The notes under the pieces are model-generated. The model was not told the DNA's origin. It did not search any database and saw only the letters and a program-made list of their open reading frames with translations. Below are positions 16,235-22,268 of a stretch of 23,144 nt of DNA, piece after piece; positions within the stretch are counted from its first letter, which is position 1; every line of letters begins with the position of its first letter. This DNA is from Bacteroidota bacterium. GTDB lineage: Bacteria; Bacteroidota; Ignavibacteria; UBA10030; UBA8401. The stretch lies in the NCBI GenBank assembly GCA_049317705.1, contig JBMOHT010000049.1:1-23144 (forward strand), given 5' to 3'. A program made the translations under genes and the position numbers.

Positions 16235-18022
16235 TTAGTCATTCAGTTCCGACACTGCTGCCGATCTTCCTGCCGGGTCAGCGGCTCCCCCCTCAAGAAC
16301 TGCACGACCGCCATTCCGAAGATCCTCGCGGATATGACGAGTAAACTTGCGGCGGACCGATTGTTCTTCCGTTGCAGATACCTGGGGAAGTGAGTTGATG
16401 GTATCCTGAAGGAGGCTTCGTGATCGTGTCGGCACAGCATCAAGGAATTTCATGCGGATATTCTCCGGAGCATTCTTGAGTGCAACGGCAACCTCTTCGG
16501 CCGAATGCACACGAATGATCTTACGGATGATACTGTCATCAACAGTGCCAAGATCTTCAAAAGAGACACGATGGGAGGAAAGATGACGGTATAGATCCAG
16601 ATCAAGGGTCTTGATTGTATTGCTGATGGCTGCCTCTGCATCCTCATCGATATTATCGAGGATGTCCATCAGAAGGTCTGTTCCCTGCACCTGAACATTT
16701 TGAATGGTGGGGATATTCGACGCTTTTTCCGCAAGGGTCCGGGCAACAGCAACGAACGTATCGATCGACAGCCGGTGAAGCGCGGACAATTGCATTGCGA
16801 CGTCTGCACGGGACCTCTCCGGAAGGCTCCGCAGGATCTCTGCTGAAAGGGCCGGGTCCAACTGCGAAAGCACCATAGCGGTGATCCCGGGTGATTCATC
16901 CTTTACCAACAGAAAGAGCTGCTGCTTCGACAATTTTTTCAGATACGCAAACGGGGATTGTTCCTCTTCCGCCGTAATGGCATACTGTCTGATCTGTATC
17001 TGGTTACTGAAATATGTGAATGCTTCGTCAATCACATCCTGTGAACTGAGCGAATGATCGCTGCTCATCTTTGACAGCTGAGAGTATTCGTTCTTCGAGA
17101 CATGCTCCCGTATCACCGAGAGAAGACCGAGTCCTAATTGCGAAAGGACCGGCTGCAGTCTCTGTCGATCTTCAGGGACCGCAAGCATCTGTCTGACTGC
17201 CCCGGCGGCCGCTTCCGGCCTTCCGACCGCTGCTGAGATGATGGAATGTTTGAGACGTTCATCATCCTTAACGGAACTGACCGGACGCACAGATTCAGGA
17301 AGGATATTCACAACTTTATTCTCCAGTTCTTTCACCGATGTTCTGGACCGTTCATCGGACTGCAACTGAACACGTTCGATCTCCTGCCGGAACATCTGGA
17401 GGTTCGATTTATTCTTCCTCATCAGCACAACGGCAGCGATCACAAGCATCATTACAATTGCGGAGAGGATCCCTTCGAACGGCGTCATTGCGCCGGTGAC
17501 TGCAGTCTGAACGACCGGTCTTATGACCGGCAGAGCAGTGTCCACTAACGGTTTTGCAATGACAACCGGAATCCCTTCTATTTCCGGGAACGCCATTTCG
17601 GTGATCCTCACTCTGTCGCCCCGGGAAGGATTGAGTTTACCGCTGACGATGGCAATATTGTCCAGTAATTGAATGAGTTCCCTTTTTTGCAAGGTCATTC
17701 TCTTGTCCACCAACAGTGCAACGGAAAGACGCTCGACCGAGATGACCTTCGATCCTGCGTTCTTTTCCGATTCGAAACCTTTCACGCCGGGAAGGGCAAA
17801 GTCCTTGGCATCCTTATAATCCACAGCGGTCTCTTCCTCGATCAGCATCGCGTCGCACGAGATGAGGAATTTCAGGTCGGGGTAATACCTTCTGATCTCA
17901 TTGCCGATCCTGCTTTCCACTTCGGACTCGATCAATTGTTTCTGTCTATTCACTTCGGCAGCACCTGCCATCAAGACGTTCAACACCAGCATCACAACAA
18001 TGATGAATTTAACAGTTCTCAT
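16235..18022 (-). CDS. Membrane-anchored FliG-like rotor protein: signal/TM1 + FliF/YscJ-type ring-building-motif-like periplasmic domain + TM2 + FliG N/M/C-like cytoplasmic domains (natural mini FliF-FliG fusion)
   Basis: 595 aa. aa 1-22 are hydrophobic. aa about 25-146 (nt 17585-17950) read IESEVESRIGNEIRR...LSVALLVDKRMTLQKRELIQLLDNIAIVSGKLNPSRGDRVRITE, an alpha-beta-beta-alpha-beta RBM-like pattern. TM2 is ILSAIVMMLVIAAVVLM (nt 17417-17473). aa about 255-570 are FliG-like: ESPGITAMVLSQLDPALSAEILRSLPERSRADVAMQLSAL (compare hPQtiAliLahL.pe.AaevL..Lpee.r.dv..Ria.l); RVSFEDLGTVDDSIIRKIIR (compare MFvFEDL..LDDrsiq.vLr); and ALKNAPENIRMKFLDAVPTRSRSLLQDTI (compare ALKGA...LREKFLRNMSQRAADILRDDL). 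Confidence 0.8.
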   Translation of the reverse strand: MRTVKFIIVVMLVLNVLMAGAAEVNRQKQLIESEVESRIGNEIRRYYPDLKFLISCDAMLIEEETAVDYKDAKDFALPGVKGFESEKNAGSKVISVERLSVALLVDKRMTLQKRELIQLLDNIAIVSGKLNPSRGDRVRITEMAFPEIEGIPVVIAKPLVDTALPVIRPVVQTAVTGAMTPFEGILSAIVMMLVIAAVVLMRKNKSNLQMFRQEIERVQLQSDERSRTSVKELENKVVNILPESVRPVSSVKDDERLKHSIISAAVGRPEAAAGAVRQMLAVPEDRQRLQPVLSQLGLGLLSVIREHVSKNEYSQLSKMSSDHSLSSQDVIDEAFTYFSNQIQIRQYAITAEEEQSPFAYLKKLSKQQLFLLVKDESPGITAMVLSQLDPALSAEILRSLPERSRADVAMQLSALHRLSIDTFVAVARTLAEKASNIPTIQNVQVQGTDLLMDILDNIDEDAEAAISNTIKTLDLDLYRHLSSHRVSFEDLGTVDDSIIRKIIRVHSAEEVAVALKNAPENIRMKFLDAVPTRSRSLLQDTINSLPQVSATEEQSVRRKFTRHIREDLRNGGRAVLEGGAADPAGRSAAVSELND

Positions 18023-18088
18023 ATGATTGCCATTATTTTGAATGAACTCTTTTCGTTTACGTACCGTAGAAAATCGCCGCCCGGAACA

Positions 18089-18775
18089 TCATGTTCCTGA
18101 ACTGCTGTAGTAATAGATGCGAATGACCACCCGACGATTATGAGCCCGTGCATTCTCCGTGTATGTTCGGGTAACAGAATCGGTCGCGGTCTGTGCAGGA
18201 CGTGTATCGGCAAATCCGACCGCCGACAATCTCTTCCTCTCAATGCCTGACGAATCCTGCAGGAACTTCAGCACCTGAAGCGACCGTGCAGCGGAAAGTT
18301 CCCAGTTGGTCTGGAATTCCTTACCGTTGATGAGCGGCTGATCGTCCGTATGCCCTTCGATCGACAGAAATGCATTGCGCGATTCGATGAATTTTTTCAG
18401 ATGCGGCGCGAGAACGATCATCGCATTGTATCCATCCTTCACAAGCGTCGCTTTCCCGATGGGGAACAAAAGATTGGACAGGAACCGCACTTCAACCCCG
18501 TCCCCCGTCATCACCACTGTCACTGCTTTGCGGAGGACCGTATCGGCACTTACCGTTTCGTTCAACTGATGAGCGATGGTTGAAAGATTCTCCTGACGGA
18601 TCTTTCCTGTGCCGGCGTCCGCCGCAAAGACATCCAATTTTGACTGATCCGGTTTGGAGATCGCCAACAGCAGTGTAAATGCGGCGATCATGGCCGTGAG
18701 AAGGTCGATATAACTTACCTTCCAATGCCCTGCATCTTCACGACTCCGTGAAGGACGTTCCCAAAGATAATTCAT
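18089..18775 (-). CDS. motB: MotB-family stator subunit (TM with conserved Asp + OmpA-like peptidoglycan-binding domain)
   Basis: 228 aa. The N-terminus HWKVSYIDLLTAMIAAFTLLLAI carries Asp24 (codon 18704-18706) at the position of the proton-binding Asp. The C-terminus is LSIEGHTDDQP...NWELSAARSLQVLKFL...LSAVGFADTRP...NRRVVIRI. The start overlaps the motA-like stop (ATGA 18772-18775). Confidence 0.85.
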   Translation of the reverse strand: MNYLWERPSRSREDAGHWKVSYIDLLTAMIAAFTLLLAISKPDQSKLDVFAADAGTGKIRQENLSTIAHQLNETVSADTVLRKAVTVVMTGDGVEVRFLSNLLFPIGKATLVKDGYNAMIVLAPHLKKFIESRNAFLSIEGHTDDQPLINGKEFQTNWELSAARSLQVLKFLQDSSGIERKRLSAVGFADTRPAQTATDSVTRTYTENARAHNRRVVIRIYYYSSSGT

Positions 18776-19623
18776 TGACGCTGCCGAGGGTCACCAGGGA
18801 CTTTCATCTTCATGGTGGTCATCGTCCGATGTGAAGGGACATAGTTCCGGAGTTTTTCCACGACATACTGGGTCCGCTTCTTCTCGTGGATCATGACAAG
18901 TCCGTCGGTGATCATCCCCTTCAGGATGAGATTCTCTGTGTTGATGGTATTGATCTTCTCAGCAATGGGCTGGAAGATGAAATTCGAGTACAGGAGTCCA
19001 TAGAGCGTGGTGGTAAATGCAATGGACATGGAATTGATGATTCCGTTGAAACCTGAAGCGGCATCGATCTTCTGTGAGAACATCTGGATGAGACCGACGG
19101 TCGTTCCCAGCATCCCGTATCCGGGCGAGAAATTCGCGGCGGTCCTCCACAGATCGTCATCGATCTGTTCGCGGTGCATCTCCGTTCTCATGCGCAGTTC
19201 GAGCATTTCCTTCACATCCTCGATCTTATACCCATTCACGAGCATCAGAAGTCCGTCCCGCAGGAACGGGAATGATATCCCGTTCGCATATTCCTCCAGC
19301 GTTTCAATATCGCCGGACTGTGTATATTCCGAAACCGTCTGAAAAACATTGATAAAATATGGATAATCGATCTTGTTACGGATGAATACCTGGTAGAGAG
19401 CCGCATGAGAGCGCGAGAATTCACGGAAGTTGTGGCTGATCAATATGGAAGCAAGAACGCCCAATGACACAAAGATGAATCCCGGAACGTGGATATACCG
19501 GCCTACCGTATCCGAGAAATACATTTCCTGGAATGATTTTACAGCACGTTCATCTGCACCGAAGACGAGCAGTACATATGCCGCGACCACGAACATGATG
19601 TAACCAAGAAATGTTGAATTCAT
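18772..19623 (-). CDS. motA: MotA/PomA-family stator subunit (4-TM architecture with large TM2-TM3 cytoplasmic loop)
   Basis: 283 aa. The loop is ISFPFLRDGLLMLVNGYKIEDVKEMLE. The core is FSPGYGMLGTTVGLIQMF...MSIAFTTTLYGLLYSNFIFQPIAEKI...ILKGMITDGLVMI. This matches the MotA/PomA consensus (PafGmiGTviGLI...AlltTlYGvllAN.i.lPia.Kl). A roughly 100-aa loop between TM2 and TM3 distinguishes it from 3-TM TolQ/ExbB. Confidence 0.85.
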   Translation of the reverse strand: MNSTFLGYIMFVVAAYVLLVFGADERAVKSFQEMYFSDTVGRYIHVPGFIFVSLGVLASILISHNFREFSRSHAALYQVFIRNKIDYPYFINVFQTVSEYTQSGDIETLEEYANGISFPFLRDGLLMLVNGYKIEDVKEMLELRMRTEMHREQIDDDLWRTAANFSPGYGMLGTTVGLIQMFSQKIDAASGFNGIINSMSIAFTTTLYGLLYSNFIFQPIAEKINTINTENLILKGMITDGLVMIHEKKRTQYVVEKLRNYVPSHRTMTTMKMKVPGDPRQRQ

Positions 19624-19637
19624 ACTTCGTCCTTCAT

Positions 19638-20345
19638 TCAGTACATTCTCATCAGCAACGCGCGAATATTATCGAGCGTCGGATCGAGTTCAAGGGCCTT
19701 TTCCCAGGAGAGTTTCGCTTCGGCAGTCTTGTGGAGAAGAAACAGGATGGATCCTCGTACGGAATGGAACAACGAGATATTCGGTGCGATGGCGATACTT
19801 TGATCGATCTCCTGCAACGCTTCGGTATATCGTTTCACCGAAAAATACTTCTGCGCGGTATTCATGTGGACCATTGCCTTGTTGTATTTGGCGTCATCGG
19901 CGGTATATTGATTCACTGTTTGAGCACCTGCTGCTGCAGACGTATCACGGCGTTCGCGGGACTTTGCGTTCAGTGTTCGCGTTGCGATCCCAGTCACTTC
20001 TTGTTCCATCATAACATCCTTTTCTGGATCGGGTTTGAAAACCGGTCCGAATTTTCCCGAGTACGTCAGATCGAAATCGATATTCCGGTCGTTCAGGTCC
20101 AACAGAAGATCGATCGTAATCACCGGTGAACGGAGTTTCACTTCGGTCAGCGGTGACGGTGATTCCATTGTGTCCCGTAGGGACGGGACCGATCTCCCCT
20201 CTTTATCGTTTGCGATTGTATCAGGAGGACAAACAGAATCATACGTCCCCAGGGATCCCTCCCACCGGGTTCCCGAATAGAGCGGGGTGATTCCGGTGAC
20301 CAGGAAGAACAACACGAATAGATGATATCGGAATAGTATGATCAT
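19638..20345 (-). CDS. Secreted/periplasmic protein with C-terminal TPR repeats
   Basis: 235 aa. The N-terminus is a hydrophobic signal-like segment MIILFRYHLFVLFFLVTGITPLYSG. The C-terminus is YNKAMVHMNTAQKYFSVKRYTEALQEIDQSIAIAPN...AKLSWEKALELDPTLDN, about 2-3 TPRs. The start overlaps the upstream stop (ATGA 20342-20345). Confidence 0.6.
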   Translation of the reverse strand: MIILFRYHLFVLFFLVTGITPLYSGTRWEGSLGTYDSVCPPDTIANDKEGRSVPSLRDTMESPSPLTEVKLRSPVITIDLLLDLNDRNIDFDLTYSGKFGPVFKPDPEKDVMMEQEVTGIATRTLNAKSRERRDTSAAAGAQTVNQYTADDAKYNKAMVHMNTAQKYFSVKRYTEALQEIDQSIAIAPNISLFHSVRGSILFLLHKTAEAKLSWEKALELDPTLDNIRALLMRMY

Positions 20346-21532
20346 AGATAAAAGAACAGATGACCGCCGAACATCGCACCTGCGGGGTATGATTTCCCCA
20401 TTCTGATTCCGTCTTCGATCCAGAATGAATCCAATCCAAGCCCGACGATCCTGCTCAGCCGGATATTCATGCCGCCATGGTACACCGGATAGAACTGAAG
20501 CATATCAAACTGGAAATAGTATCCGGCGGCGATGTTGACCGTGATGAGTCTGCTGCCGATCTTTTCAGATTGGAGCAGTTCAAAACCAACGCCGGGTGTA
20601 CAAACAATGCCGGGGGAAGAACATCTGGGATTATATAACAGCCGTGCATCGACAAAGACATTCATCGGATCGATGATCGTGGCGACGTCGTTGAATCGAT
20701 ATCCTGTTGCTACGAACGAGTAGTGTTTGTCCGAGACATCGATGCCGCCGCTGCGGATCTTTCCTGAAAGGAACGAGAAGGTGACACCGTTCATGTCGTA
20801 TCCCGTTTTTTTCTTCAGGGAGAACAGCTCTTCCATCTTGTCCTGTTCCGTGGGCACGTATACATCGAACACGGAACGGACATATTCACGGTTCCAGATC
20901 ATGACATTGTTCAGATCATTGAGGATCAAAAATACCATGACTTGCTGTTCGGTGATAAGGATCTCGGGCGAAAGGACAGCCTGGATGTTGCGGCGTACCG
21001 CGTATTGCCGCAACTGTTCTTCCGAATAGACATTCTTCACCTGAAGTGTTGAATCATCCGCTTTAATATAGAGAGGATGAAGGTCATGACCGGAGAAGAC
21101 CGTCACCCGTTTCGACCGGGCAAGGCTTCCTTTCAGTTTGTTCTCGAAGAACGAGAGCAGGAACTGCTGATCGCTGACACTCAGATCGGTCTTCAGCAGC
21201 CATTTCAATCGCATCTTATAGATGACGAGACTGGAAATCCCCATCGGCAATTCCGCTGAGGATTCAATGATCTGCGAACTGATGGAGTCTATCACGTTCA
21301 TGTACCGTTCAAGCATCTTCTGTGAATAGATCTTCTCAACTGCAGCGGGAGCGGGATCACGAGGTTTATCGCCGGCTGCGGCGCTCAAAGGAACGGTCCA
21401 CAGAATCAATACAAGCATAACAATGGAATCAAGAATTTTCAGCAGTGGTCGCAATCGGACAGCTCTCTTTCGGTTGTTCAGTGCATTATTATCAAAGACA
21501 GCATCAATGAACGTGCCACAGAAACAGATCAC
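20342..21532 (-). CDS. Hypothetical exported protein; the C-terminal half has amphipathic beta-strand periodicity (putative outer-membrane beta-barrel). Start uncertain
   Basis: The track start at 21532 is GTG. Alternatives are TTG at 21454 (giving MRPLLKILDSIVMLVLILWTVPLSAAAG, a clean signal peptide, preceded by GAAAGAGAG) or ATG at 21418. C-terminal strands are VTFSFLSG, YSFVATGYRF, LITVNIAAGYYFQF, GGMNIRLS, GLGLDSFWIE and GAMFGGHLFFYL. Confidence 0.5.
   Translation of the reverse strand: MICFCGTFIDAVFDNNALNNRKRAVRLRPLLKILDSIVMLVLILWTVPLSAAAGDKPRDPAPAAVEKIYSQKMLERYMNVIDSISSQIIESSAELPMGISSLVIYKMRLKWLLKTDLSVSDQQFLLSFFENKLKGSLARSKRVTVFSGHDLHPLYIKADDSTLQVKNVYSEEQLRQYAVRRNIQAVLSPEILITEQQVMVFLILNDLNNVMIWNREYVRSVFDVYVPTEQDKMEELFSLKKKTGYDMNGVTFSFLSGKIRSGGIDVSDKHYSFVATGYRFNDVATIIDPMNVFVDARLLYNPRCSSPGIVCTPGVGFELLQSEKIGSRLITVNIAAGYYFQFDMLQFYPVYHGGMNIRLSRIVGLGLDSFWIEDGIRMGKSYPAGAMFGGHLFFYL
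21503..21518 (-). promoter_or_regulatory. Candidate sigma54 promoter TGGCACG-N4-TTGAT for the motor-like operon
   Basis: The minus strand reads TGGCACGTTCATTGAT. The -24 heptamer is perfect and TTG is at correct spacing, but -12 is GA instead of GC. The site lies inside the GTG-extended ORF but 49 nt upstream of the alternative TTG start at 21454. Confidence 0.4.
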
Positions 21533-21651
21533 ATTTTCCCAGCAATATCCCCAGGACTTTTTGATCTGTTTTCTTCGCGGAATGATTGCGTCAACGATTG
21601 TTCACTTTTTGGGATACTATTATTGACAAGAATATCAGAGAGGAGGGATCG

Positions 21652-21684
21652 AAAAAAAACCACCTCGCTGATGAGACGAGGTGG
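21652..21684 (-). terminator. Rho-independent terminator downstream of the pilin-like gene
   Basis: The minus strand reads CCACCTCG-tctcatcag-CGAGGTGG followed by TTTTTTTT. This is an 8-bp GC-rich stem, a 9-nt loop and a T8 tract, 127 nt after the stop at 21811. Confidence 0.8.
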
Positions 21685-21810
21685 CAGGGGTGTAACATAA
21701 TAAAAAAATGATCCCGTTATTTTTGACCGGGGCGGTCAAAGAAGCGCGACACGGTTTCCTTGTCGATGAAGCATACTCTCAATTACTGCCCACGAAAATT
21801 ACCGGATTCA

Positions 21811-22224
21811 TCAATTGATGATGGTCACGATATTGCCGGATGGCGTGACAGTGCAGATAATAACCGGAAGTGTGCCGTCGGCGAAGAACGTGTTGCCCGT
21901 CCCCCGCAGCACAACCTGACCGGCAATACCGGCCGAACTGATGGTATATTCCCCGTTCCCATTATGAGAGAACGCGGTCGAGACAAGCTTTGCCATTCCC
22001 GCCGCATCCGCGGTAAGTCCGACAAAGGAATGACCGCCGCCGCCGTTCGCTGCCGGGGAAGAATAATACTGCATCGCTCTGGCGGAAAGATTCAACAAGT
22101 CCGATGCCATGGAATCGCGATTCGCCGTGATGGAATTCTCTTGAACGAGCGTGATGGCGACCGCAATGGTAACGCCGATGATGATCATACCTAAGATGAT
22201 CAGTAGAATTTGGTTCTGACCCAT
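21811..22224 (-). CDS. Small pilin-like protein (type IV pilin/pseudopilin-like N-terminal helix without the canonical G-FTLIE processing motif)
   Basis: 137 aa. The N-terminus is MGQNQILLIILGMIIIGVTIAVAITLVQENSITANRDSMASDLLNLSARAMQYY. The segment ...A.NRD...SDLLNLS.A...YY resembles the alpha1-C region of type IV pilins (...SDLRNLATAQEAYY), followed by a small Gly/Thr-rich beta domain. Neither Glu5 nor Phe1 is present. An AAGGAAG RBS precedes the ATG. Confidence 0.45.
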   Translation of the reverse strand: MGQNQILLIILGMIIIGVTIAVAITLVQENSITANRDSMASDLLNLSARAMQYYSSPAANGGGGHSFVGLTADAAGMAKLVSTAFSHNGNGEYTISSAGIAGQVVLRGTGNTFFADGTLPVIICTVTPSGNIVTIIN

Positions 22225-22268
22225 TTCATCTTCCTTTTCACTTTGGTGGATATTGAAACACTATTTCG

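Noticed and set aside
18089-19623. MotAB-like pair as Zorya (ZorAB) anti-phage defence, or as TolQR/ExbBD
   Set aside because: The MotA-like protein is only 283 aa, with a 4-TM MotA/PomA layout and no long ZorA-type C-terminal tail. No ZorC/D-like (EH-signature or helicase/nuclease) genes are present, nor TolA/TolB/Pal/TonB. The neighbour is a FliG homologue, which fits a torque-generating stator rather than those systems.
15327-21532. Ordinary flagellar gene cluster
   Set aside because: The window has no export apparatus, C-ring (FliM/N), rod, hook or filament genes. The FliF-like part is reduced to one short periplasmic domain and is fused to FliG. A canonical flagellar locus elsewhere in the genome cannot be excluded.
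21541-21555. Minus-strand cctGGggatatTGCt as a sigma54 promoter upstream of the GTG start
   Set aside because: The GG-to-GC spacing is 9 nt instead of 12, so it does not fit the -24/-12 geometry.
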